In this document: positions 1 through 12,919 of the stretch, one piece after another
Position numbering within the stretch: position 1 is the stretch's first letter
Layout of the letters: each line of letters starts with the position of its first letter
NCBI GenBank assembly: GCA_012295275.1
Contig: CM022674.1
Coordinates: 4,216,001-4,280,000, forward strand
Source: Chrysomallon squamiferum
Taxonomy: Eukaryota; Animalia; Mollusca
Direction of reading: 5' to 3'
DNA length: 64,000 nucleotides
Translations under genes and position numbers: made by a program
The notes under the pieces: generated by a model
Told to the model about the DNA's origin: nothing
Databases searched by the model: none
Seen by the model: only the letters and a program-made list of their open reading frames with translations

Positions 1-1042
1 ATGAAAAAAAAGAGTGAGGGAGAAGAAGAAAAAAGAAACATAATAAAAAAGATGAAATGGATATGGATCCAACGAAAGATAATGAAAAAATTATTTTGCG
101 TCAAGCGATATTTCATCCGTTATCGGGGATTATATGTTTTGTTATAATTTGTATATGACACATTATCGCCTTGCCTACTGAATAAGGGTAATACGTGGGA
201 AAATGAAAAAAAAAAAAAAAAAAAAAATCTACAACAGAAGGTGGAAAAGATGCACTAGAAAAAAAAGAAAAAAAGATGATAATAAAGAACGTTACAGAAC
301 AACAACGCTGATAAGAAAAAAACAAAACAAAAGAAAGAAATAAACAAAAAAGAACAATAAAAAATCGAAACAAATCTGAAAAAAGGACACAGATGAAGAA
401 AAAGAAAACAAAGACGTAGAATAAAATAAAAATACTGAAGAAGGTATATATGTATAAAGTATATACGGAAGAAGGAGAAGAAGAAAAAGAAGAAAATAAG
501 AAAGAAGAAGACACAAGCGACACCTTAAGTTTCTCACAGTGACTTCGAAGCTTATTTAGAATTATTCAGAATGTTTTTTTTATCTACGACTTTGCATCAC
601 TATTCATTTCTTTTGTTAACGACTTCATGAAACCACTCACGTAAAAGCAAACACATTTAATTACAGCGCATGTTATGATAGTCATTGTTATGATAGTCAT
701 TGCATAATAATAATAAAAAAATAATAATAAATGACAGTAACCAAAAATGACAATAAAAGAACAAAAAAGCAACAAAACATAATATCGGTACTATTGCAAC
801 TACCACTACAACTACTACTGCAACTAATATTACTGTTACTGCTGATACTGCTACTACTACTACTCCATGATAACTCCATGACAACATAAAGATGGCAAGA
901 TGACGAACAACAACAATAGCACCAACACCATCATCTCTAACAGTAGTAACATACAGAGAAAAGAAGAAGAAGAAAAACAACAAGAAAAACAACAACAAAA
1001 CCACCACCACCACCAACAACAACAACGACGACGACGACGACG

Positions 1043-1090
<48 letters not shown>

Positions 1091-1110
1091 CCAACAACAA
1101 CAACAACAAC

Positions 1111-1151
<41 letters not shown>

Positions 1152-1649
1152 TAATAACAAAATAAATAAACGAAACGGAATGAAAACGACAAAAGAACAA
1201 ACAAAAATCCAGATACAATTTGCCGGCAGCCAAGAACGCGAATATCTCAACCAGCAGAGCATTCACCGAGGTGTCATCGAGACATGTTAGGAGATAATAA
1301 TAACGGATATGAGGTCAGATGCTACGTCATTCACCCCGACCTTATCAATGGCAGACGGCAACGAAGCGTATTAAAAAATTACTTCGAGTACAACGCCACG
1401 CTCTGCCAGCTAGTTCGTCTAAACTGCTTCAGTGAACAACACGAATCAATCAAGCCGCCATGACAGGGCCTCGGCGGTCGTATTCGAACGTGACGCCCGT
1501 GCAAACAGTGCAAGACAAAAGTGACTGGAATAAAACCGCGAATAATTTGATGGTGCTGCTGCTGCTTAAAGGCCGGATTAGAGTTTTTGTAAGCACGGTT
1601 TAAGAAGATAACGGATTTACCTGATCCGGTTTTATCTCTCTGGTGAAAG

Positions 1650-1690
1650 TCAGAGGTTTCTGGCAACGACAGATGTGTCGAACTCATTGT
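1650..1690 (-). CDS. candidate alternative terminal exon (D)NEFDTSVVARNL*
   Basis: ctacattcag|AC acceptor is phase-compatible with a possible donor GAC G|gtacgt (exon end 4486) and lies in a non-repetitive, GC-richer island. No transcript evidence. Confidence 0.3.
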
Positions 1691-1770
1691 CTGAATGTAG
1701 TATGAAATATAACTTCCATCAAAATCCATACAAAAAAGTATTAGAGACATTTAAAGAAGAAAATGACAAA

Positions 1771-1802
<32 letters not shown>

Positions 1803-1889
1803 ACCAAAAAATGAAAGAAAAAAAGAAGAAGTTTAGGATTTCAGAAAAAAGAAGAAATGCCTTCCATATATATAAAATTAAATATTTTT

Positions 1890-1973
<84 letters not shown>

Positions 1974-4254
1974 GTCTGTATATACTCACACGCACAAACA
2001 CCCCACCCCCACACACACACATCCACGTATGTATAAATTGAATAATAAAATGAATAAGATATAAACGAATTATCGGCAAAGAAAACAATTCTTCGCTACA
2101 TTTACCTTTTAATTTGCGGCTTCGTCGACTTACGCATGCGATGTTTGCTTCCTGCAAGCAGGATTTGACCTTTCCGAGCTCTTCAAACGACTATCCTAGG
2201 GGTACAGACAGACACACAGACACAATATCACAGACGATTTATCAGTCACCTCGCTCATATGTTGTGATTTGAAATTCTGAACCAACGTCTTGAACTTACG
2301 TTGTCCGTTTCGTCACTTATTTTATACATTCAATAAATTCGTGTTCGTGGTGATGATTTACAGATGGGAGTGGTTTCACGTGAAAATGTTTCAGTCTATG
2401 CACGTATCTATTATATACGCATACCCATGTATAACCCATGAGTTCAAGTCTGGTAAAAAGCTATGTGTCGAAACAATTTATAAATAATAATGATTACGTA
2501 TACTTTACTATTTTGTTTGTTTGACTTTCGTTTTACCATTCTTTAGCTCTTTGGATACATTTGCCTCACATTCAAACACAAGTTGTTACCATATAGATAG
2601 ATACAAAGTGATATCAAAGTTGTCGGTTACTTAGGGATACAGTTCATTAGATAATTATAGCTAACAGTTCTTTTCTAACTCAACACAGTAACTAATAACA
2701 CATATTATTTAATGCAGATTTTTTATGGTTTGATTTTGTTATAATGAGGTTATCTATCTATCATATCTATCTATCTATCTATCTATCTATCTGTCTGTCT
2801 GTCAGTCTATCTATCGATATATATATATCGATAGATATATAGATACATACATACATACATACATACATACATAAATATATATTTATGAGGAGACTATTTT
2901 TATTTTTAATGACACTGTTAGTGCAGACATTCTAATTATAACGTGATAAAATATCGCCTAACTTTAATATTCTAATTTTTACAGTCTTTTAAGAGCCATA
3001 TTCTGACCATTTTATATAAACCTTTGATTCGCAATTCGCCTGTTGGTCACTGAAATAACTATTAACGTTTGACAGCAGTGCATTAAAAAAACGCTTTCAG
3101 TTATAATTCATTCTTGGGTCATTTATTTTTTGAGCAGTATACACACTACAAATCATAATTTGTCCTTGCTCTTTGAAATGGCTTTGAACTTTTTTTTCCC
3201 TTAAAAACAGCATAATTAAAAATCATTAGTTAATATTTATCTTTCGTCTCAGAAATACTTGTTAATGAAACAGTGTAAATTAACAAATTGATAATTTAAC
3301 CTTGTACTTTGAAATAACTATGCAACTGTGTCAGCTGTACAACCAGATGACGTCATTTCACTTTCTGTAACCATCTAACTTATTAATACTAATTTTTTTT
3401 TTTTTTTTCAAATTTTGTTATAGGGCATTCATTTCAATATGCTTGGCCTTTGAAATACAGCTGTTGCTAGCAGTACATTTAAATTAACATTACGATTTTC
3501 TCACCAACCCTTTGATTACATACGCTGACCGTAACACTGTTTTTGTTGCAAAGGGTAACCTACGCTCCGGTTTTGCAAGAGAATAAATCACATGTACTTT
3601 AATACAGCCGTCTCTGATTAGGTCATTTATTTATTTTTTCCAATACAAACCATGCTTTTTTTTTTGTTGTTGCTTTTTTTGCTTCTTTTTTTTATCATCG
3701 TTACAAATGTCGTTGCTATTTGTTTTAATGCTTATTAAATCTAATATGGAACATGGATTGATTTTTCTTTTGTTTTTATTAGGTTCTTATCGGATTAAAG
3801 ATAAATAGTTTATTTATAATGTCAAGGTCGAATTCGAGGTTACGACATCAAGAAGATGAAGTAACAGGGAAATAAGAATGAAATGATGTGATACTGAACA
3901 CTGCAGTTTTATTCGTGTGCGTGTATGTGCGTGAATGTATGTTATATATGACTGTGCGATGTATGCATGTGTGTTTGTATGCGTGTATGTATGTAGATGA
4001 GCACGTACAAACGTACCTATGCATATATCGAGTAGTTAGTGAAGTATTCTATAGAAACTTAATATTCCACACACAGATATACACAAACACTTATACACAC
4101 ATAAACACACACTTACACAAATACACACACATATATACATATATATATATATATATAATGAGAAAAGTATATTCATTTCTACCGATCTGAAAGGTGCACA
4201 CCTAAAACAAAAAGTTTTGTACATACAACTAAACTGCAGGGCGGTTAAATGGGG

Positions 4255-4349
<95 letters not shown>

Positions 4350-4420
4350 TGAGACATGGGTTTGAAAAGACAAACTTACACCTACAACTTTTTTTTTTTT
4401 TTTTTTTTAAAAACCCAGGG

Positions 4421-5609
4421 TCACAGAGCCGTGCGTGGCCCCGACGAAAGGTCAAGGTCAAGGTCAAGGTCGTCAAACAACGTACCGTCAGACTGCGTAC
4501 CGGAATCGACGCGAAAGGCCGCCGAGGCGTTGTTCAGTTTGTTGGAGCAGGCGGCGCCGCTTTTGGCCAGCATGCTCTGTCGCACGTTGCGCTCCGGGTG
4601 GAGCACGATGATGTGGAGCTTGGGCGCGAACATGCAGACGAGGACGACGGTGGCGCTGAGGCTGATGGAGAAGCACATCGTCGCCTGGCGCATCTGGATG
4701 TTGCTGGCCGTCGTGAAGTAGATGACGACGAAGGCGAGCCAGATGATGCACGTCGTGTACATCGTGAAGCCGATGTACTTGGACTCGTTGAACGCCTCCG
4801 GGATTTTCCGCGTCAGCACGGCGTACACCGTGCACACGACGACCAGCAGGATCGGGTAGCTGAATCCGATCATGTACGAGCTGCCCAGCGCCGATCTGCA
4901 CACGAGCTGGTGATCGTCCCGGTTGGCGAAGTAGGACATGGCTTCGGGCGGACTGACCAGCAGCCAGATGAGTCCTATGACGAGCTGCAGCCCCACCAAA
5001 GCGCCGCATATGATCAGCTGCGACTCCGGGCTGATGAATTTGGGTCGCTTCACCGTGCGCTTGCCCGCTCGGAATATCCTCGAGATGCGGTTGGTCTTCG
5101 TGAGGATCGCAGAGTAGCAGATCGTGAAGCAGAGTCCCATCCCCATCTTCAGGATGCCGCACAGAACTAACGAAGGTCTGGACACGAGGACGAAGGTCGT
5201 TCCGTAGCACAGCATGATCCCGACCAGCAGGACGAAGCTGAGCTCTCTGCCCGAAGCCTTCACGACCGGAGTCTCCTTGTACACGATGAACACGAACATG
5301 ACGAGGCTGGAAGCGCATATCCCCAGGGAAGCGAACGCCATGGCTCCTATGGCGATCCCGTTCGAGTATTGGAGGTATCGCTTCGGAATCTCGATGCAGC
5401 GCGTCTTGGTGAACGACGGAAGCGTGCCCATGGGACACTCGACGCATGCGTTCTTCGTCGGGAGGTACTCGTACTGGTTGCACGCCTCGCACGTCCAGCA
5501 GCACGGGTTGCCTAGGAACGGCTTCCGGCGCTCGTAGAACTTGCAGGGTCTTGTTGCACATCGAGGAAGGGTGTTCGGGTTCGTCCTGGCGGAACACCAG
5601 AGGCGAAAT
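4421..5609 (-). CDS. mtt: exon H: cysteine-rich domain + complete 7TM + C-tail ending ...SSGPRTAL*; contains a +1 frameshift within 5549-5555
   Basis: tttttcag|ATT acceptor. ISPLVFRQDEPEHPSSMC is in one frame; PCKFYERR..CCWTCEAC..CVECPMGTLP..TPVVKASGRELS..KTNRISRIF..RKIPEAFNESKYIGFTMYTTCIIWLAF..PKLHIIVLHPERN is in the next. The 3' end may instead be spliced at 4486. Confidence 0.93.
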
Positions 5610-5844
5610 CTGAAAAAAAAGAAAATAAAAAGAAAGAAGAAATGAAAAGAGAAAATAAATTCAGAATTATTTTTATTTTTTTTTTTTTTTTTTTAAAAAA
5701 ATATTAAAATGAAATTACATTTCGGTAGCGACAGATTCCAAAAAACCGGATTTTGAAATAAGGTAAATTTCAAAAACAAACAAAAAAAAAAAAAAAAAAT
5801 AAAAAAAATAAAAAAAAAAAAAAAGAAAGAAAAGAAAATTGATA

Positions 5845-6235
5845 CGTTTCTATGAAATTAGGTTTAGGTCAGGTACCAAAATCTTTTTAACATGAATAAA
5901 ATCTGAAAAAAAAAAAAAAAACAAAAAAAAAAAAAAACTAAATAACTGATAAGGTATTCTATGAAATTTTGTTTACGTCAGGTACTAATACCGAATTTTT
6001 AACATAAACTAAAATCTGAATTAAAAAAACAACCAAAAAACAACAAAAACAACTAAATAATTGATAAGGCATTCTATGAAAATTTTTGTTTACGTCAGGT
6101 ACTAATACCGAATTTTGACATAAGCTAAATCTGAAAAAAAAAAAAAAAAAGTAGGAAAGAAATAATAAAAAGGAGAGCTTTCTAAGAAATTAGCTTTACG
6201 TCGTGTATTAACACTGGATTTTGACACAAACTGAA
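5845..6235. repeat. ~110-bp tandem repeat (3-4 copies) just upstream of exon H
   Basis: ttcta(t/a)gaaa...gtcaggtac...aaatctgaa recurs at ~5848, 5957, 6072 and 6180. Confidence 0.85.
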
Positions 6236-6543
6236 CTGGCTATAGCTAAGGATCGCGTTGTTTGAAAGTGCTTCTGATAATTTCATTTAGGCAGCCCTAC
6301 GCCCTGCTAACTAACACTTACCAGATAGAGTATCTAATGTTTCGGTTGCCTAACACAGTTCTAACACGACTGGATTTAGTTTGTGAGAACCAAGTTAGAC
6401 AGACCCTATTTGGCAAACCTTAATATATATATATATTTTTGGTTCAATGACCTATTTTCGTGATGGAATACCAGAACTGAAAGACAGACAGACGGATAAA
6501 AATAAAATAAAAATAAAAAATAAATAAAAATACGAACTGCCTT

Positions 6544-6598
<55 letters not shown>

Positions 6599-6982
6599 TG
6601 AAACAATAAAATAAAACAAAAATATGACTACTAAAAACGACGATCGCACTTTTATATGCATTCTCTTTGGTTTGATATCTATTTCTGTCTCTTAATAAAA
6701 CAAATATTACCTCGACGGCAACTGGATTAATTTTTCGCTGGATATCCTTATCGTAAAACAAGTTTTCTTTTCATTTGCCTAATGCCTTTATCAATATTTT
6801 CTTACAGCCAATTATTGATTGGGAAAGGAGTTTTTAGAAACATACACACACACGCAGAAAGAAAGAAAGAAAAAGGTACAGAAAGACGCCGAAATACAGG
6901 ATTCTTTGTAGTTTATACATTTGTAAATAAAACAGATTTCGTTTGAGAAAGAAATGAGAGAATATTATTAAGGTGCGCACTC

Positions 6983-7032
<50 letters not shown>

Positions 7033-7039
7033 ATGTTGT

Positions 7040-7196
7040 TTGTTTTTTTGTAAGTTTATTTATACATACATACGTTGATACATACTGCTGTACTTACACA
7101 TAGATATATACATATACATTATATATATAGCTATATAAATGTGTGTACGTATAGAAAAGTATGTGTTATTATTACAACTGTATCCACAGATATTAT

Positions 7197-7242
<46 letters not shown>

Positions 7243-7345
7243 GTTACTACTCCTACTGCTACTTCTACTATTACTATACCACTACTACTGCCTTTACTAC
7301 TACCACTATTACTACTACCATATTATTACTACTAATGTCACTACT
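7040..7345. repeat. left arm of long-range inverted repeat (partner 32650-32945)
   Basis: atatagctatataaatgtgtgtacgtatagaaaagtatgtgttattattaca at ~7125-7175 is nearly the reverse complement of 32810-32860, and the flanks also align. Confidence 0.88.
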
Positions 7346-8037
7346 ACTACTACTACTGTCACTACTACTACTACTAATGTCACTACTACTACTACTACTG
7401 CTACTGCTACTACTACTATTACTATACTACTACTCTACAACTACTACTACAGCTACTACTTCTATTACTACTAATAATAATCACATGTCGCAATCTATAT
7501 AGAAGGTCTCATGCATTTTTTTTCGAAACACGATCTATTGTTCTTTTCTTCACCGTGTAGCTGTTAGTTTTGATTCCTAAACGTTCTGTGTTTATTTCAA
7601 GCGGAAGTCTGTCCCATAAATTCTGCCATTCTAAACCAATTTCACATACCACAGAACAGATTGTTATAAAAGACGTCAATTAAATAATCAATTATTTAAA
7701 CAAAAAAAAAGAGTACAATTATAATCGATCATTGTTAATGCTGAGTTAATAAAATTAAAGAAAAATAAATTAATTTGAAAATCGCTGTCCACAAATTCAT
7801 CATTTTATCAGAATGTTAATTATATTTATATTAGTTCATGCCATAGTTTTGTTAGATAACAAAAGATAACGCAATCTCCCGTAGCAACGACGGCATTAAT
7901 AACTGCAACAGCAGCATGGGCAGCAACTATAATAATAATAATTGCTACCATCACGACTACTACAACAACAACTGCATTTTTTTTCATACTCAACAATTTC
8001 TCCGTTACTGCTGTTATTACTATTACTATTATTATTA

Positions 8038-8080
<43 letters not shown>

Positions 8081-8175
8081 GATAAAAATATGCTGACATC
8101 TTTTGGCCAGTTAATTTTACTGAAAAGTAACATCGAACCAAACCAAGTGCGGAAGAAGAGCAAGAAATCGAATAC

Positions 8176-8360
8176 GAAGAAGAAGAAGAAGAAGAAGAAG
8201 AAGAAGATAAAGAAGAAGAAGAAGAAGATTAAGAAGAAGAAGAAGAAGATAAAGAAGAAGAAGAAGAAGAAGAAGAAGAAGAAAAAGAAGAAGAAAAGAA
8301 GAAGAAGAAGAGAAAAAGTAGAAGAGAAAAAGAAGAAGAAGAAGAAGAAGAAGAAGGAGA
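8176..8360. repeat. (AAG)n microsatellite
   Basis: Direct reading. Confidence 0.96.
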
Positions 8361-8850
8361 TGAAGAAAAAATAATCAAAAAAGAAGATGAAAGAAAGAAA
8401 GAAAGAAAAAAAAAAAGAAATAGCACGTTCTTATCTGAAAACCGAAAAAAAAAAAAAATAAAAAAAATTATTTTCAAAAATTTACTGACATCGTTGTTAC
8501 AACAGCGCACATTTCTAGTGACGACCTCGAAGAAAAAATAAAAAAAAAAAAAAAAAAAAAAAATACGAAAAAAAAAAGTATAGGAGAGAAAGAAGGAAAG
8601 ACGTAACATGTTCGTATCTGGAAATGGAAATAAACCTTTCCACGAAGTCGTGATATCAGTGTCACAGCAGCGCGGACTCCTACTGTCGAGCACTTTATCG
8701 AATTAGCAGACACAGGCCTGTCACGGAAAAGGGCCGCCATCGAAAACACGCTATAAAATTGACTATATTGTATTAAGTTATCGCTTTGAATTTTTCTTCG
8801 GGCGCTCTTTTCCTTATAGCTATCCATTCGTTATGACCATTTTCTGCGAC

Positions 8851-8886
<36 letters not shown>

Positions 8887-9064
8887 AAATAGAATAAAAT
8901 AAAATAATAATGGAGAATTTTTGCCAATGGCAGTTTTTTTTTACGTTTCATTTACCAAGATGTGACCGAAATGGAAAAAGGTCGGTTTTCCGGCGACGTT
9001 TTTTTTGGCGTTACGTGAATATTTGTTTTTCTTTTGTTACCGGTTTTCTTCTTCTTCTTCTTCA

Positions 9065-9095
<31 letters not shown>

Positions 9096-9404
9096 CTTCT
9101 TCTTCTTCTTCTCTATAACTTAAGTTTACAACAGTTGTGACTCTGGTAACGGCATTGCTGATGTGAAATACAGATCAGCTTTCAGAGATGTAGACATTCT
9201 ACTATTTTCTTCATTTGCAAGAACTTAGGAAGTGGTTAAGGGTAAATGCTTACCACTGAATAATGACCTAAATTGCTAGTATATTTCGTATATTTATTAA
9301 TCAATGTATATGTTACGTTTATAAATAAAAATAAATTTATGACAAGATTGTCTTTAACAAAATAATCACATAAAGCAAGATAGTACAAGAAGAATATCTA
9401 CCAT

Positions 9405-9435
<31 letters not shown>

Positions 9436-11469
9436 ACTACTACTACTACTACTACTACTACTGCTACTACTACTACTACTACTACCATTCCTCCTTCTAC
9501 TACTACTAAGGCTACTATATTATTATTATTACTACGGCTTTATTATTACTATTACTGTTATTATTACTGCTGTTGGTCCTAGCAATACTACGACTGATAC
9601 CATTCTTTTTTTTTATTATTACTGTTACTAATACTATTATTTCGACTATTATTACCATTGCTGCTACTACTTCTACTACTGCTTATCATTATCATCATAA
9701 TCATCATCATCACTATAAGACAGACATATTTCTTTTTTTTTTTAAATAAAAAAAAAAACTAGACAAAACTTCAGTGATGCATACAAAATCCTCTTTCTTT
9801 CTTTCCCAGCTACGTCATTTTTTTTTTTCATTTTTTTTTTTTTTCTTTTTTTTTTGTCGTCAATCTATTTTTACATTTATAAAATCTAATTTCATGCCAC
9901 AGAGCTTCCGATAACGAGCATTAAACGAAATAGTTCTGAAGAGAAATGGCGTATCAAATTACGTCACGAGCGATAGCGGTGAGTCCCCAAACGCGGACGT
10001 CTTAGTGACAAGCCCGGCACTGGACGCGTACTAATATTTTTCCGATTGAAGCGTGTGGAGTGGCGTTTAATTCGCATTTTATGCCTTTCCATTACTTCCG
10101 GTGGAGCCGTCATGCGCACAGTGGCTGGGTTTAAAGGTTTAGTTATAAGGGGCTTAGCATTCAACGATTGTAACTTAATATGCACAAACGTAGTCTGGTG
10201 GTGGTGCACAAAATTAACTCAATAAAATGAAATAATAATAATAAAAAAAATAAAAATAAAAAATAAAAAAAATATTATATAACGACTTTTCAGGATTATG
10301 TGGAGTTTTGTCCTTTTATTATGATTTTCAAAAATAAAAATAAAAAATAAAAAGTAATAGTAATAAAAAACGATAATAAAGCTAGAAATAACGTCGTCTG
10401 GTTTTCCTTTCTTTTTCTTCATCTTTCATTATTCATAAAAAGAAAATTTCCGATTTTTGTTACATCATTTCGTCTGCAGAAGTCTAATAATTATGTCACT
10501 GACATTTGACCTTATTTAATTTATTTGTATACAATTAACCAAATAAATATCTCATTTTCATATATTTTCCACGACACGGAGCTTTCACAGACGTACTTGG
10601 AAAAGACGTTAGCGCACAAGAATGATGTGTCAATAAATTGATATCAAGTAAGGTTATTAAAGATTATGAATTAATTACGTTCTTACTACAACTTATATGA
10701 ATTTAGTTGTATCTTTACTAAAGGTTACATAAAAACTAAGCGATTAATTCAGCACGTTATGAAAATGTATTGCTCATCAATCGACAAATTCATACTTTAC
10801 AAATTAGATGTCCACGAAGTTAGAGATATTTGTGTGTTTGTCTGTCTGTCTGTGTGTATCTATGTAAATATATATGATATGATATATGTATATGTGTATA
10901 TATATGTGTCGATGAATGTATGCATGTATGTATGTATAAATGTATATATATATGCATGTATTATGTATGTGTGTGTATGAGTGTGTGTGTATGTATGTGT
11001 GTGTATGTATGTGTTTATATATGCATTTAAGAACGTATTTAAATGTACATATTTACATGAGTGCATGCATGTTTACATGTAGAATCTGTAGGTATTAATT
11101 AGATATGTATCTATGTGTGCATGTCTTTATATATGCACATATGTATGTATTTGTTAATCGGTCAAAGCAGACTGTCTACAATATAATCTTTTCGTACATT
11201 ACAATATTTTAATAGAATTTCTCTAGAAAATAATTACAAAAAAGAAAAATTGATATAAATGCACATTATAAATTACTAAGAAATAATTTTTATCATTACT
11301 GTCCATTGCTTAATAAAGCTATTTCTACGTTAGTAATAAATCGTATAAAATAATTATTATGCAATATAAAACGAAAAGTATTATAACTGGTACGACAGTA
11401 TCCCATAATCTGATACTGTACGTATTTTTCTTGATACGATAAGGGACAGAAATGTGATACAATACGTAC

Positions 11470-11609
11470 TATGGTTAAGTTGCCATCTCGAAAAAATCCT
11501 ACAGTGTGCCATTCAAATTCGCCGAACTGGTTTCTCCGGAAATTCAAAATTCGGTATCGTGAAGGTCCGTCACCATTCGCCAGGAATCGGAAATCTTGTC
11601 CGGAAAGAC
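11470..11609 (-). CDS. mtt: exon G (end of VFT): (G)LSGQDFRFLANGDGPSRYRILNFRRNQFGEFEWHTVGFFRDGNLTI
   Basis: ttaccag|GT acceptor, ATA|gtacgt donor; 140 nt, phase 1 to 0; NGDGPxRY motif. Confidence 0.92.
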
Positions 11610-11819
11610 CTGGTAAACAAGAATGAAACTAAATTTGGGATTTACGTTTTGCTGGAACGAACTGAATCCTAATCGCATCGCTTAAATTGTGTAATGAATA
11701 ATACTATTAATATAATATATATTGTAAAATATTTAAAACAGACAGAAGTAGCATACGGAGTTCATTAATATACTGGAAACGTCATCAACACAATAAGTTA
11801 ATCTCCATTTTTACACTTT

Positions 11820-12052
11820 ACCAAAATGGGTCAAACAGAATTTTGAAAACAAAAATAATTCAGTCTAAGTTTTGATTACAGTGGGTCAAACTTAACATCG
11901 ACTACAACTGGTTAAACTGAATTTCGACCAAAATGGGTAAAACTGAATTTTAAACATCCAAAAAAATGAATTCTGATCGAACTGTGAATTACAAAACTTA
12001 CTTAAACCATGCCAAACATTTGTTTGTGATTTTACACATTTGTTTGTGATTT
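11820..12052. repeat. degenerate ~28-bp tandem repeat (tgggtcaaactgaattt) plus a 20-bp duplication in intron F-G
   Basis: Four to five imperfect copies; acatttgtttgtgattt occurs twice. Confidence 0.6.
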
Positions 12053-12165
12053 CACTAAATATTATAAAAATAAAAATAAAAATTAAAAAAAAATTCTTCG
12101 AAAACGTATTACAGGAAAGAATACAATGATTAAAAATAATAGGTAACTTAAACTGTTACGTGAAC

Positions 12166-12207
<42 letters not shown>

Positions 12208-12208
<1 letters not shown>

Positions 12209-12316
12209 TTTGAAGTGAACTCTGAGAAGCTGATGTCGAAGTCGATCCCCGTTTGGCGTTTCCATGCCAGCACAGAGTCCATAGTGATCTTTTCCACACA
12301 GCTGATTGTGTATTCT
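12208..12316 (-). CDS. mtt: exon F (VFT): RIHNQLCGKDHYGLCAGMETPNGDRLRHQLLRVHFK(G)
   Basis: ttacag|AGA acceptor, AAAG|gtaaaa donor; 109 nt, phase 0 to 1; H..LC...GLC..M motif. Confidence 0.92.
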
Positions 12317-12318
12317 CT

Positions 12319-12355
12319 GTAACAATAACAACAATACTAATAATAATACTAATAC

Positions 12356-12419
<64 letters not shown>

Positions 12420-12477
12420 ACGACGACGACGACGAATAACAATAATGGTAATAATAATTATAATGAAGGTAATGATG

Positions 12478-12564
<87 letters not shown>

Positions 12565-12610
12565 GTGATGATGATGATGATGATAATAATAATTATGATG
12601 ATGATGGTGA
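12319..12610. repeat. compound (AAT)n/(AAG)n/(GAT)n microsatellite abutting the exon F acceptor
   Basis: Direct reading. Confidence 0.95.
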
Positions 12611-12685
12611 AAAAAAAAATCAAATAACTATAATAATAATAGTAATTTTAGTAGTAATAAAATATTTCTATCAAAATTTTATAGC

Positions 12686-12722
12686 AGCAGACACCAGGGT
12701 TTGATCGGGGACCTGTTGATCT
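12686..12722 (-). pseudogene. possible relic of a tRNA 3' half (tRNA-Cys-like / SINE head)
   Basis: AGATCAACAGGTCCCCGATCAAACCCTGGTG resembles metazoan tRNA-Cys AGATCAAGAGGTCCCCGGTTCAAATCCGGGTG. There is no 5' half. Confidence 0.3.
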
Positions 12723-12886
12723 CGAAAATTGACAAAAATTTAAAACACATGCAACAAAATGTCACCAAAAATCAAATCCCCAAAAACAATTGAAACAATG
12801 TAAATTCAAAAAAAAAAAAAAAATATAAGAAAAAAAATATAAGAAAAATATAATTGACAAAAGAGTTCAGATTTCAAAGAAAAAAA

Positions 12887-12919
<33 letters not shown>

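Noticed and set aside
1379-1750. 123-aa ORF as a separate gene or long terminal exon
   Set aside because: No recognisable similarity; its frame is not phase-compatible with the candidate donor at 4486 via the 1690 acceptor.
4217-5537. Plus-strand ORFs 4217-5170, 4356-4721 and 5214-5537
   Set aside because: Antisense shadows of the GC-rich 7TM exon; no recognisable protein.
4488-5597. 369-aa minus-strand ORF as an independent overlapping gene
   Set aside because: Only its first ~14 residues are receptor sequence; the rest is the shifted frame after the 1-nt insertion.
5877-5902. 26-nt micro-exon that might restore frame before the CRD frameshift
   Set aside because: Weak donor (gtacct), and the junction TG|A creates a stop; homology also supports the phase-0 entry frame.
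6105-6118. 14-nt match (ataccgaattttga) complementary to exon G in the pre-mRNA
   Set aside because: Too short and AT-rich; part of a tandem repeat; consistent with chance.
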